NCBI GenBank assembly: GCA_020137815.1
Contig: CM035358.1
Span: 6,882,001 to 6,946,000 of the forward strand
Origin: Hormiphora californensis
Taxonomy: Eukaryota > Animalia > Ctenophora
DNA length: 64,000 nt
Direction of reading: 5' to 3'
Of this stretch, positions 1 through 12,685 are shown one piece after another (position 1 is the first letter of the stretch; the number at the start of each line of letters is the position of its first letter). The position numbers and the translations under genes were made by a program. Under the pieces are notes generated by a model that was not told the origin of the DNA, ran no database searches, and saw only the letters and a program-made list of their open reading frames with translations.

Positions 1-189
1 TTTCATTGGATTGTACAGGCTAAGACGCCTAGTGTGATTTAGAAATATTTTTTTGTTAAAATTGTGAGAATTGGATAGAATTTTTTATAGCAAATATGTA
101 ATTAGTTTTACTGATTCTTCTTGATTTATTCATTTCACACAGACATTTAGCATTGATCCACCGTGTCACCTATCACATTCACCTGACTA

Positions 190-3100
190 GCGCACCCACC
201 GGGTGCGCCTCAATGTAAGAGGTTTTGACAACCCCCCCGGGGGGGGCACCTTGGTCCCCAATTTTGGGAAGAAAAACCCAAAATGGTCACCCAATCCCTT
301 AAGGGCCCGGGCCCCGGGGTTGGGCCTCTTTTTTTCCCCCCCAAAACCCCAAATTTTTTGGGGCCAGGCCTGTTTGGGAAAATTTGCTCCCCTTTTTCCC
401 CACTAAACTGCCTTGTTTTATAAAAAGGAACTCCCGGGTTGGGAAGGGGGTTACCCCCGGGGGTTGAAAACCCAAAAAAAACCTAGGAAAAATTTGGGAC
501 AAATGCCAAGGCGGTAACGGAACGCCCCCCGGGGGTAAAAGAGGATTTTTGGGCCATGGAATTCCCCCCACTTAAACTTTTGTTTTTTTGGGGCCCAAAC
601 CCTTTAAAAAAAGGACAATTGTCCCCCAAAATCCCCAAAAACTCGGGCCAAAAAGGTTTTTTATACCTAAAAGGGAACCCGGGGGCCAGGTTGGAAGGGG
701 GTTTTACCCAATTGGGAACGGGAAACCAAGAAAAACCCAATTGGTCAATAGAACTACCTTAACCCCCCAAAAAAGGGACTTCAATTTTTTCCCTCCCCAA
801 AAGGAAAATTTTTAAAAGAGATTTTAATTTTGGGACCATCCGGGATTTTAAAAAATTCCAATCCCCCTCAGGTTGAGGGAAATTGGAAACAAACCAAAAT
901 TCCGGCTGGGAGGACCTTTTTCCTTTAATCACTTTCCAAGTGGGGAAAAGCCCCCAGGGGAAAAACCGTTGGAGGGGGGGGGTTTCCCAAAAACGGGAAG
1001 ACTCGGGCTTTTTTGGGGGGTTACGGACCGGGGCCCCTTTAAATTTTCTACCAAATTGGCCGGGGCCCCGCCCCCTGAAAAAAATTTTTTTCCCCGAAAC
1101 GGTTGGGGGAAGTGGGAAGGGAAAATTTGATAAAATTGGGGCCTAAACAAAAATTTTTGGTTCCGGGGCCAAACCCCTTGGGGGGGAGAAACGGCCAAAT
1201 TTGGGCCCCGGGGGGGCCCCCTTCGGGTTACTGTTTCGCCCCCATAAATGGAAAAACGGTGGGGAGACGTTTGAGGAGGCCCGGAGGAAATTAGATTTTA
1301 GGTTCCAAACCCGGGAAGCCGGGACTTTTCAAAAGGAGGGGGTTAACGGCTAAAAAAAAGCTTTGGATTTACATTGGGGCGAATAAAGAACAAAAAATAA
1401 AGGAGGGTGGGATAACTGGGAAAACCCGGTTTTGGGGTTAAAAAGGGACGGGGCCAGGACGGGCCCCCGGAAGAGGGAAATTCCCCGGTTCGCCCCAAGG
1501 AACAATTTTCCTTAAAAGAAGGGAAAAACGCGGAAAGACCCCGGGTGGGGTTCGGTAAAAAATTTCCCTGTCCTTTAAACACCCAAAAGGAAAAGGAAAA
1601 AAACCCCGGGAAAAGGGAAGGGGGCGAAAGGGGGAAAAAAAACAAAAAGAAAAAAGGCCCCCGGGAAATAAAGAAAAAGGGGGATAAAGGGACATTTGTT
1701 GCAAAATTTTCCCCGGGGAAAAAACAAGGGAAAGCCTTCCCAACTTCAAAGGGGGAACCCTTCCCCCAAAAAGAAAAATTTTTCCGGAAAAAGGAAAAGG
1801 GGCCAACCCAAAACCAACCCCCCAAAACCCTTTTTTGCCAAAAATCCCTTCCCCCAGAAAACAAAAATGTAAACCCCCCCCCCATCCAAATCCCAAATAA
1901 AAAACCCCTTTTTAAATTTAAACTGGGGAAAAAATTTCCCAACCTTAAATTAAAAAAACCCCCAAAGAAAAATGGGAAACCCAAAATGGGTTAGTAGCAG
2001 GTTTTTAAAGCCCATCCCCCGGGAAAAAACCCCCGGAAAAAAGAAATAAAAAAAGGAAAGGGGTTCCCCGGGGGCGGGATTTTAAAAACGAGGGCCCCTT
2101 TACGGGAAAAAAAGGAAAATTTAAGAGGTCGAAAAGAGCGGTTTTTAAGGGGAAAAGGGCCCCTTTTAAAAGTAAATAAATTGGGAAAACCTGAGATTTT
2201 AAAGCGATGGATTTTTGAGGGACATTTTTTCTTCCCTTTTTGCAAGGGATGCTTTGGAGGGAAAAGGGGGAAAACCCTTTACATTTGGATTTCTGAAAAT
2301 TTTGGTTCCCGTCCCAAAAAAGGGGTTTTGACCTTATTTCCCCCCGGGAAATTACAGGGGGGATTGCAAAAAACCTGAATTTGGGAAAAATATAAAAACC
2401 CGGCATAAATTCTCACCGGATTCGGCCTTTACATTGATCAGTCCTTCTTGATTCTCAAAAACGGTTTTAGGGGGGGAAAGGGACCCCCCAAAACTAAGCC
2501 AAAACTTTCCCCCCCTCAGAAACCCTTTTTTAAAGGGGTGCTATCCCAAAAACATCTTCCCCCGGGGAAAGGTTTATAAAAATTTGTTAAGGCTTTTGAT
2601 TTATTTTTTCAAAAAAACCGGATATTAAGGGTTCTCAGGGCCTTTTTGGTACCCGGGAAAGTCGTTGCCCAAAAACCCAAATTGGGGTATAGTAAACTAG
2701 AGCACAGGGGGCTAAACCCCGGAGGGGCCAAAAACAGACATTTTTGAAATATTGGGCCGGGGGGGGTTGCAGGGGGGGACACAAGCCCCCCTACCGGGAA
2801 AAAAATTTTTTTTTGGGGGGGCTCGGTTTTACTTTATGCAAAACAGCACGGAGGGCACCCTGTTTATTGGTTTTAAACTAAAACCTTTTGCCCGAAGTAG
2901 AAAAGAAAATGTGAAAGGGAAAAGGAAAACTGCCCAAGTTTTTGCATAAGGGGCTCTTCTTGCTGTTTTTTCGGGGGGGGATTTTGGGGGGGTTTTTTTT
3001 AATGCCGGGAGGGGGGAGAGCGCCTGTAAAGGAGGTAGGGCTTGAGAAAAAATCGAGCTAAGCCCGGAAAAAAGGGTCGGGGGAATTTCCCGGGGCCCGG

Positions 3101-6030
3101 GGTTTACTCCCCCACATTTATCGCCCGGAAACCCTTATCAAACTCCCCAAAAGGACTTTAAATTTGGGCTCTTGGATAAGGGGAACTCAAAGGGGGGACA
3201 CAAGGTTGGGAAGGGGGCAAAGGGCCCGGGAATGCATGTCAGGGGCTCAGGAACACGGGAAGTCAAAACCCCCAGAGACGAGATCAAAGCTAGACTTTTT
3301 GTAGAAAAAGTTGAAAACGGCCCCCCGTATGGTTTCCCCAAAAACCCGGGGAAGTTTAAAAAGGAAGGAGGCGGAGGCTAAGGAAACCCGGGCCCAAACC
3401 AGAATGCTGAGGAGGGCCACAAATAAAAACCCACCCCCTTTCCAGATGAAAAACCCCAAACATTGTAGGGTATGGGGAAAACCTCCCTATTCTAGCACCA
3501 AGATCGCTAAAGGGAACTCAGTCCCCGGGCCCCGCTTGCACGTCATCCGGAAACTAACGCTAACAAAGTTTTTCTTTGGGAGCCTCCCCCAACGGACACT
3601 CCAGACGGGGGGGCGCCCCCAAAAAAACCCCTTTGGGGTTTTTACGGGGGCGAGACAGGGACTGGGAAAACCTCCAAAACCCTTCCCTTTGATGGCTAAA
3701 TCTGTGGAAGAGTGGAGAAATTTTTACCATGGATTTCCCGGAAATACCACCCGTGGAATCCGCCAAAGGGCAAGTAATTTAATAAAGTTTTTTAGGGGAA
3801 CTGATTTACAAAAGGTCTTTGAAAAAAAAAACCATAAACTCCCAAAAGTGTGAAAAATTTACAGCTTTTTCATATAAAGTGCTTTATAAAGGGGGCAGAC
3901 TGTCGTTTAAAAACCCGTTTAAACAAAACGTCGAAGGGCCACCACAAGGGTTCATCCCCAAACTTAAAACAGAGATCTTATTCAAAAAAGGGGCTTATTG
4001 CTGGGGATTTTTGGGCATTTAAAAATTGTAAAAGATTTGGATTTCCCAAATCATGGGTGGCAGTGATTTGGGGGAACATAGGGAAAATTACCTTTAAAAA
4101 AATTTAAAATTGTGTTAAATGTCAATTTAAAAGGGAAAAAAAATTTTTTAAAAAAAAAATAAAAAAAGGGGTTTTTTTTAAAATTAAAGGGGTTTTTTTT
4201 TAAAACCAAATTTTAAAAAATTTTTTTTTCCCCCCCTTTTTTTTCCCCCCCCCCCTTTTTAAAAGGGGCCCCTTTTTTAAAAACCCCCCCTTTTTTTTTT
4301 TTTTTGCTAAAACCCCTTTTTTTTTTTTTCCCCCCCCCCCCTCCCCCCCGACCCCCCCCAAAAAAGGGGAAAAAAAAAAATTTAAAAACCCCCCTTTCCA
4401 AATTTTTTTTCCCAAAACCCCCCCCCCCCCCCCCCCCCTCCCCCCCCTCCCCCCCCCCCCCCCCCTCTCCCCCCCCTTTCCCCCCTTCCCCTTCCCCTCC
4501 CCCCCCAAAACCCCCAAAAAAATTCCCCCCCCCTTTTTCCCCCCCCCCAAAAGGTAAAAAGGGCCCCCCAAACCCCAAATTTTTTAAAAAAAAAAAAAAA
4601 TTGGGGGAAAAAAAAAACCCCCCCAAAAAAAAAGGGAAAAAAAAAAATAAACCCCCCCCTTTTTCCCCCCCCCCCCCCCAAAAGGGGGGGGAAAAAAACA
4701 CCCAAAAAAAAAGGTTTTCCAAAAAAAATTTTTCCCCCCCCCCCCCCCCCCCGCCCCCCCCCCCCCCCTTTTTTTTTTTTTTTTTTCTTTTTTCCCCTCC
4801 TCTCTCCTCTCCCCTCTCCCCCTTCTCCCCCCCCCCCCCCCCCCAAATTTTAAAAAAACCCCCCCTTTCTCCCTTTTTTTTCCTTTTTTTTTGGGGGGGG
4901 GGCCGGGGCCCCCCCTTTTTTGGGTTTTTTTTTTGGGGGGGGGTTTTTTTTTTTTTTGGGGCCCCCGGGGGGGGGGGGGGGAAAAAAAAAAGGGTTTTTT
5001 TCCCTTTTTCCCCTTTTGGGGGGGGGGTTTTCCCCCCTTTTTCCCCCTTTTTTCCCCCCCCCCCTTTTTTTTTTTTTTTTTTTTGGGGGGGGGGGGGGGG
5101 GGGGAAAAAAAAAAAAAAAAAGGGGGGGGGGGGGGGCCCCCCTTTTTTTTTTTTTCCCCCCCTTTCCCCCTTTTTTTTTTTTTTCCAAAACCCCCCTTTT
5201 TTTCCCCCTTTCCCCCTTTTTTTAAAAAAAATTTTTTTTTTCCCCCCCTTTTTTTTAAAAAATTTAATTTTTTTTTTGGGAAAAAAAAAAATTTCCCCCC
5301 TTTTGGGCCCCCCGGCCCAAAAAAAAAATTTGCCTTTTTCCCCCCCCCCCTTCCCCCCCCCTTTTTTCCCCCCCCCTTTCCCCCCCCCCCCCCCCCAAAA
5401 CCCCCCCCAAAAACCCCCCCCCCCCAAAAAACCCCCCCCCCCCCCCCCCCAAAAACCCCCCCCCCCCCCCCCCCCTTTTTTTTTTTTTAAAAAAACCCCC
5501 CCCCCACCCTTTCCCCCCCCCCCCCCCAACCCCAATTTGGGGGGGGGTTTTTTGGTTTTGGGGTTTTGGGGGTTTTTTTTTTTTTTTTTTTGGGGGGGGG
5601 TTTTTTTTTTTTTTGGGGGGAAATTTTTTGGGGGGGGTTTTTTTTTTTTTTGTGGGTTTTTTTTTTATTTTTTTGGGGTTTTTTTTTTTTGGGGTTTTTT
5701 TTTTTTTGGGGGTTTTTTTTGGGGTGGTTTGGGTTTTTTTGGGGGGTTTTTTGGGGGGGGGGTTTTTTTTGGGGGGTTTTTTTTGGTTTTGGGGGGGGGT
5801 TTTTTTGGGGGTTTGGGGGGTTTTGGGGGGGGGTTTTTTTGGGGGTTTTTTTGGGTTTTTTTTGGGGGGTTTTTTTTTTTTTGGGGGTTTGGGGGTTTTT
5901 GGGGGGGGGTTTTTTTGGGGTTGTGTTTTTTGGGGGGGTTTTTTTTTTTGGGTTGGGGGTTTTTTTTTGGGGGGGGTTTTTTCAAAACCCCGGGCCAAAA
6001 AGGGATTTTATTCCCCCTTAAAAAATTTTA
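190..6030. other. Homopolymer-degraded, low-quality sequence (probable base-calling/assembly artefact)
   Basis: Abrupt switch at ~190-230 to sequence dominated by A/C/G/T runs, becoming almost pure runs at 4100-6000. Normal complexity returns at ~6030. All ORFs here are K/P/G/F low-complexity. Confidence 0.85.
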
Positions 6031-6355
6031 GGGATCTTTCCGACTCCTACTCTCTCTCTCCCTCTCTCCTTCTTGCTATCATCTATCCTTCCCAGGCACA
6101 CTAACGGGGCATATTGATTGATATTCATACAATGCTAGGTAGAGCACTGTAGCGGTCAAATTCTAGTGAAAATGTGATGCTTTAAATGTCACATCCAACC
6201 TTACAAACATAAATTATACTGTTCCCGACCCACATAAAACAATCTCTGCCCCCCCCCCCCCCAACTAAAATCTCTGTCCCCAACTAAAATCTCTGTCCCC
6301 CCAACACCCCCCCCCCCCCCCCCCCCCCACAGCTAAATCTCTGTCCCCCCGCCAG

Positions 6356-9300
6356 GTGATGTTGTTGGAATGATACTGGCATGGGTCAGTTTGATCCCCT
6401 GCTTTACCGTTGTCAGCTTTATACCAATTATCATCCTGCGGAGGGATCTTACCACGGTAAGTTAGTGTTTAGTGTGGTTAGTGGTATGTGGTTAGTGTGG
6501 TTAGTGGTATGTGGTTAGTGTGGTTAGTGGTTGTTTAGTGTGGTTAATGGTTGTTTAGTGTGGTTAGTGGTTGTTTAGTGTGGTTAGTGGTTGTTTAGTG
6601 TGGTTAGTGGTTGTTTAGTGTGGTTAGTGGTTGTTTAGTGTGGTTAGTGGTTGTTTAGTGTGGTTAGTGGTTAGTGGTTGTTTAGTGTGGTTAGTGGTTA
6701 GTGGTTGTTTAGTGTGGTTAGTGGTTGTTTATTGTGGTTAGTGGTTGTTTAGTGTGGTTAGTGGTTAGTGGTTGTTTAGTGTGGTTAGTGGTTGTTTAGT
6801 GTGGTTAGTGGTTGTTTAGTGTGGTTAGTGGTTGTTTAGTGTGGTTAGTGGTTGTTTAGTGTGGTTAGTGGTTGTTTAATGTGGTTAGTGGTTGTTTAGT
6901 GTGGTTAGTGGTTAGTGGTTGTTTAGTGTGGTTAGTGGTTGTTTAGTGTGGTTAGTGGTTGTTTAATGTGGTTAGTGGTTGTTTAGTGTGGTTAGTGGTT
7001 GTTTAGTGTGGTTAGTGGTTGTTTAGTGTGGTTAGTGGTTGTTTAATGTGGTTAGTGGTTGTTTAGTGTGGTTAGTGGTTGTTTAGTGTGGTTAGTGGTT
7101 GTTTAGTGTGGTTAGTGGTTGTTTAGTGTGGTTAGTGGTTGTTTAGTGTGGTTAGTGGTTGTTTAATGTGGTTAGTGGTTAGTGGTTGCTTAGTGGACAC
7201 TTATCTCGGGTGTTTGAGGTGGTACGGTATGATTTGGAGTCCCGGGTGGGGCCACCACTATTGCCGGATTGTCTAGTGGGGTGGTTTGATATGAGGGTTG
7301 TTGTTGGCTGTTGAGTCAGATCAAGAGACCTGAGTAAAGAAGGTGGGTGGTTATGTTGTTGGCGATAGGATAGGTTTCAATAACTGCTTGTATTGATGAG
7401 TATCTGTTCAGTAATGTTTGAGAGAGGTTGAGTTCCTTTGTTCAGCCACACTTGTTGTAGCGTGTGCGGGAGCTGGAGTAACACCTGGTGGCATCTTTCT
7501 CACCTTTAGAAGAGAGGGCGGGTGGAGAGAGAGAGAGAGAGATAGAGGGAGAGAGAGGGAGAGAGAGAGAGAGAGAGGGAGAGAGAGAGAAAGAGAAAGA
7601 AAGATAGAGGGAGAGAGAGAGAAAGAAAGATAGAGGGAGAGAGAGAGAGAAAGAGAAATAGAGATAGAGGGAGAGACAGAATGTGAAATAGGAACTAATT
7701 AACAAGTACCATACACGTGCCTTTCTATTTCTTCCCTGGACCTTCATATTATATGCAGTATACTAGTAGAGATACACTTGAAACGGGGAAAATCGGCAGC
7801 TCAGTGTTAGTTTTCAGGATGTTAATTTGCCCATATGAAAAGTATGTAACAACAAAATTTTTTTCTAAATCGTTTCTTTCAGATATTTTTCTACATTGGT
7901 ATGTTTGTAAATGAAGGGTGTAATCAGATTTTGAAGCGGTTGATAGCGGACCCTCGCCCTGCTCGCAGTAAGAACCCTCTACTTTCCCCAATTTCTCTTT
8001 CCCCCCTTCACTTTATTTCTATCTTGACTTTATCTTTAGCAGCAATTCAACAACTAGTTAACACCCCTCTATTCTTTAGCTTCCCCCTCCCCGCCTTCAA
8101 GACCCCTCTTTATCCCACACATTCTATATTTTACACCTATTTGTCCAAGTTATTGTCCTTATAAATCTCTTTATATAGTTCCCCCCACAGCCTAACAGCA
8201 TCTTCTCTGGTATTGCCCTTATAAAACGTTGGATATCACCCCACCCCTCCCCCCTTGTTTACCCCATCCTAACAGCATCTTCTCTGTTTCAGCTGCCACT
8301 ACGGCGCAGTGGAGTGAATATGGTATGCCCTCGGCCCACAGCCAATTTGCAGCGTTCTTCTCCGTCTTTATGATACTACTTTTCTATATAAGGTATGTAC
8401 ATATTTAAGGTCATTTAATTACAGTAATTACATCACAAAAAAGATTATATTATAACGTTATGTTTTATTGCAGGATAAAAGTGGTGACACTAATTATACC
8501 CTGTGCTAAGATATGGAAACACCTGATATGTATAGGTTTCCTCTGCGCGGCTGCTCTAATCGGATACAGCAGGTAAGCAGGGTCTGTCACCAGTGTCGCA
8601 TCGTTTTGAAATTCTCCGCACAAACGACTAGCACAAAATGACAACATGCAAAGAATTGCTTGCTGCTCAGTTTGTTTTTATGTTAGCGACTTGAAACAAA
8701 GTACATCGTTTAGAGAATTTAATTGTCTATGTCTAGGTCAAAACTAGACGAAAAATGAGCAAGTACAGGTGAAACTAGAGAAATATAAAAAATGACCTCA
8801 AAAAAACCACTTTTCGACCAAATATTTTGAAATCGCCATAGCTCTGGAAGTAGGGCTGATCTCAAAAATCGGTGAGAAGTCGGTCGAACAGTTTTGTCTG
8901 AATTTTCACGTAGTACCGGTTTTAACCTGATTGGACCAACCACCTATGAGCCTACCTCAAAAAACTTTGAAACAACCTGATTTTTTCAAAATTTCGCTCT
9001 TCCCGAGAATTTTGGAAAAGTGTCGCATCATTTTCGCGATTTTGATACGACACTTTCCCCCTGCATATAAATGCCTGTATCTCTCTTCCTCTCTAGTTTC
9101 TACGCCACGATCTCACTTTTCTAGTGTACCTAGGAGGTTACACTCACTGGGGAGGGGGGGGGGCTGCACTGTTTGGTCGTGCTGCTGTAGAATATCTGGC
9201 CAAAAATTGGCTAAATATGCAACTAATTGATATCAAATCAAAAATCACTCTACCCGACTAATTTCGATACGCTGAATCACGTGAGCAACTTTTTAAAACC

Positions 9301-11536
9301 CTCAGAGGTCGATAAAGTGCTCTAATTGGACATAATTGGGTCTAATTGGCTGACATAATTATAACTTTTTCCTGTAAACACGTTTGCTTCCTTTGAAGAC
9401 ACTTTTCCCATTGATTCTGATACCCTGATCATGGCATCTACATCTCAGTGGTGGGTACTCTAATTGGGTCTTACTGATTGAAATTATAATTCTTTCCAAG
9501 AAACACTTTAAATCCGTTTGAGGGCACCTCGCCAATAACTTGGATACGCTGATTCGAATGAATAACTAATCGAAGCTCTATGTGGCAGAGCCAATTCCCT
9601 AATTGAGCAAAATTGGGTCTAATTGACTATAATTACAACTATACTTTTCCCTGTAAAAAGTTCATTTGGATTTTGGAGACACTAGCTACACTGATTTAAC
9701 CATTATGTAAAGGGAACCCTACATAACAGGAAATAATTTGTAATTATTTTGATCAATTAGACCCAGTTATACTCAATTAGGGAATTGGCTCTGCCACATA
9801 GAGCTTCGATTAGTTATTCATTCGAATCAGCGTATCCAAGTTATTGGCGAGGTGCCCTCAAACGGATTTAAAGTGTTTCTTGGAAAGAATTATAATTTCA
9901 ATCAGTTAGACCCAATTAGAGTACCCACCACTGAGATGTAGATGCCATGATCAGGGTATCAGAATCAATGGGAAAAGTGTCTTCAAAGGAAGCAAACGTG
10001 TTTACAGGAAAAAGTTATAATTATGTCAGCCAATTAGACCCAATTATGTCCAATTAGAGCACTTTATCGACCTCTGAGGGCTTTAAAAAGTTGCTCACGT
10101 GATTCAGCGTATCGAAATTAGTCGGGTAGAGTGATTTTTGATTTGATATCAATTAGTTGCATATTTAGCCAATTTTTGGCCAGATATTCTACAGCAGCAC
10201 GACCAAACAGTGCAGCCCCCCCCCCCCCTCCCCAGTGAGTGTAACCTCCTAGGTACACTAGAAAAGTGAGATCGTGGCGTAGAAACTAGAGAGGAAGAGA
10301 GATACAGGCATTTATATGCAGGGGGAAAGTGTCGTATCAAAATCGCGAAAATGATGCGACACTTTTCCAAAATTCTCGGGAAGAGCGAAATTTTGAAAAA
10401 ATCAGGTTGTTTCAAAGTTTTTTGAGGTAGGCTCATAGGTGGTTGGTCCAATCAGGTTAAAACCGGTACTACGTGAAAATTCAGACAAAACTGTTCGACC
10501 GACTTCTCACCGATTTTTGAGATCAGCCCTACTTCCAGAGCTATGGCGATTTCAAAATATTTGGTCGAAAAGTGGTTTTTTTGAGGTCATTTTTTATATT
10601 TCTCTAGTTTCACCTGTACTTGCTCATTTTTCGTCTAGTTTTGACCTAGACATAGACAATTAAATTCTCTAAACGATGTACTTTGTTTCAAGTCGCTAAC
10701 ATAAAAACAAACTGAGCAGCAAGCAATTCTTTGCATGTTGTCATTTTGTGCTAGTCGTTTGTGCGGAGAATTTCAAAACGATGCGACACTGGTGACAGAC
10801 CCTGGTAAGCACTAAGCAGCTCAACAGGTCGTTAGTCCTGTCTGAACAGTTGGAGAACTCATCGGTGTAAATGATCGTCCTTGCAGATCCCAGTCCTCAG
10901 ATTTGACTTGATGTAACGCGCGCGGGTGTGTTTGTTATGTTTTGTGCGCGAAATAACTTCAAAAGTGCTGCGCGCGTGGTATTTATCGATCATCACCATA
11001 TCTCATGACTGGGCTAAAACAACTGAGAATGATGACAAGCGTGACAAGGTACAAGTGTAGCAACACACATTGCTTTAACCCAACAACTCTCTCCAGGCTG
11101 TATCTCAAGTACCACACGACAAATCAGATCTTGTGTGGGTTTCTAATTGGTGGTTTTAATGGTGCTCTCTGGTTTATTCTTCTAGAGAAATTTGTCGGTC
11201 CTTATTTCCCTATCATCGCATCACTGTAAGTTAACCCCTAATTAGCCCATAAAATATATTCCGGTCGCATTCAGTTGTTGAGTATTAAAAGTATTCCCCC
11301 TCTCCTCAACTATCTATCCCACCATATCCATCTCTAAATGGCGCTATTCCCTAACCCCCTCTCTTACCTAACTCCCCTCTCTTACCTAACTCCTCCTCTC
11401 TCTCCACTGCAGGCCCATTTGTGAGATGCTCCTGATAAAAGACTACTCCCTGATACCTAATGTGTTGTGGTGCGAGTATCACTGTATCAAACAGGAGATG
11501 AGGTCTCGTCTCAAGAAATATGTTCGTCCCGAGTGA
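6356..11536 (+). CDS. DOLPP1: Dolichyldiphosphatase 1 (PAP2 family), 5'-partial, 6 exons
   Basis: In-phase GT-AG exons 6356-6456 (GDVVGMILAWVSLIP..RRDLTT), 7883-7967 (KRLIADPRP), 8293-8392 (YGMPSAHSQF), 8474-8572 (..GYSR), 11097-11225 (LYLKYHTTNQ) and 11413-11536 (IKDYSLIPNVLWCEY..TGA). All three PAP2 catalytic motifs are present and collinear with DOLPP1. The first coding exon was not found. Confidence 0.93.
6460..7195 (+). repeat. 20-bp G/T-rich intronic minisatellite (TGGTTAGTGGTTGTTTAGTG)n
   Basis: About 35 tandem units starting immediately after the DOLPP1 donor at 6457. Confidence 0.95.
8578..10804. mobile_element. Foldback (near-fully palindromic) non-autonomous DNA transposon, 5-bp TSD GTAAG
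   Basis: Arms 8578-9607 and 9772-10804 (~1030 bp) are near-identical inverted copies. Termini CAGGGTCTGTCACC/GGTGACAGACCCTG. GTAAG at 8573-8577 and 10805-10809. Confidence 0.92.
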
Positions 11537-11963
11537 ATAACACTTACCCGCATCAGCTCCATATATTCCTAAATCCGCAGCGTTTACGCAGTGAATACGC
11601 AGTACTTCAGCAGTGATATGTGCTGAAGTATGACGAGAGAGTGTATCGGCTGAGCTGTGTATCTGATATCTAGGTTGAATTGGGTTATGTTGTATTATAA
11701 TAGTTTGGGACAATTATATATTAGTGAGCGAGGGTTAGCAAGAAATATAATTATTATTAGTATGAAATTATGTAGTATGAAATGACAGGCCTATGTTATA
11801 GATGATTGAATATAATACATATTTTAAACTCAATTGGCCAAAAGAGACCTATCTGAGCTCAGAGCTGCTTATATCTTGTATCGCAATATAATTAAATCAG
11901 TTGGCTGCGTTAGAACAGGGGCCGATTCTGTTTGATCAATATTTCGTGGCTGATTTGACTGTA

Positions 11964-12048
11964 CAGTTTGACCCCGATTTACCGGGACGCTCGGGGGAAA
12001 GGGTTTTGCCCGGTAAATTGGGGTGCCCGGTAAATCGGGGTCCGACTG
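11964..12048. mobile_element. 85-bp Tc1/pogo-type MITE
   Basis: TA-CAGT..ACCCCGATTTACCGGG / CCCGGTAAATCGGGGT..ACTG-TA. Related copy at ~42384-42566. Confidence 0.75.
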
Positions 12049-12171
12049 TATTACGAGATCGGTTCCGTGGCTGATATTCTCTCCAGATATATTTCTACAG
12101 TTGGTCCTTGTGTGTGGGAAAGGGTGTATTAATTTTATCTTGTTTTGCTACTTCTCTTTTTACGCCTACTA

Positions 12172-12685
12172 TAGTGGGAGACACTAGCGTGGTACACGCA
12201 AAAAAATGTGCGCCACCCCAATTTCGTTTTTCAAAAAACACGCAAGAAAAGGTTTTTCAAGATCGACTTTTCACGTTTTGGCTCATAACTCCTGTTCCTG
12301 ATAAGATAAAGACTTCAAACCTTCGCCATTCGATGGGGCTTGAAATTCCCTTTCCAACGGTATGCAAACGATTTCTGTAGCTCATCAGGAACCGGAGATA
12401 TGATCAATTATGATAATAACCGCGTAAGTTTCCTTCGGCATTATCATAATTGATCATATCTCCGGTTCCTGATGAGCTACAGAAATCGTTTGCATACCGT
12501 TGGAAAGGGAATTTCAAGTCCCATCGAATGGCGAAGGTTTGAAGTCTTTATCTTATCAGGAAAAGAAGTTATGAGCCAAAACGTGAAAAGTCGATGTTGA
12601 AAAACTTTTTCTTGCGTGTTTTTTTAAAAACGAAATTGGGGTGGCGCACATTTTTTTGCACGTACCACGCTAGTGTCTCCCACTA
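12172..12685. mobile_element. Palindromic MITE, Academ-like (TAG..CTA termini, 3-bp TSD CTA)
   Basis: ~250-bp arms TAGTGGGAGACACTAGCG../..CGCTAGTGTCTCCCACTA with a tiny loop. CTA on both flanks. Superfamily inferred from termini and TSD only. Confidence 0.8.

Noticed and set aside
203-6104. Many long ORFs (up to 575 aa) of P/K/G/F
   Set aside because: Products of homopolymer-degraded sequence lacking stop codons, with no protein-like composition.
6096-6138. Candidate DOLPP1 first coding exon
   Set aside because: In-frame TAA and no similarity to the expected THVEY motif; at most a UTR exon.
6460-7195. Telomere-like array
   Set aside because: The unit is a 20-mer without TTAGGG and lies inside a DOLPP1 intron.
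8719-10663. Two pairs of identical ORFs on opposite strands
   Set aside because: They are mirror images from the foldback arms and show no coding motifs.
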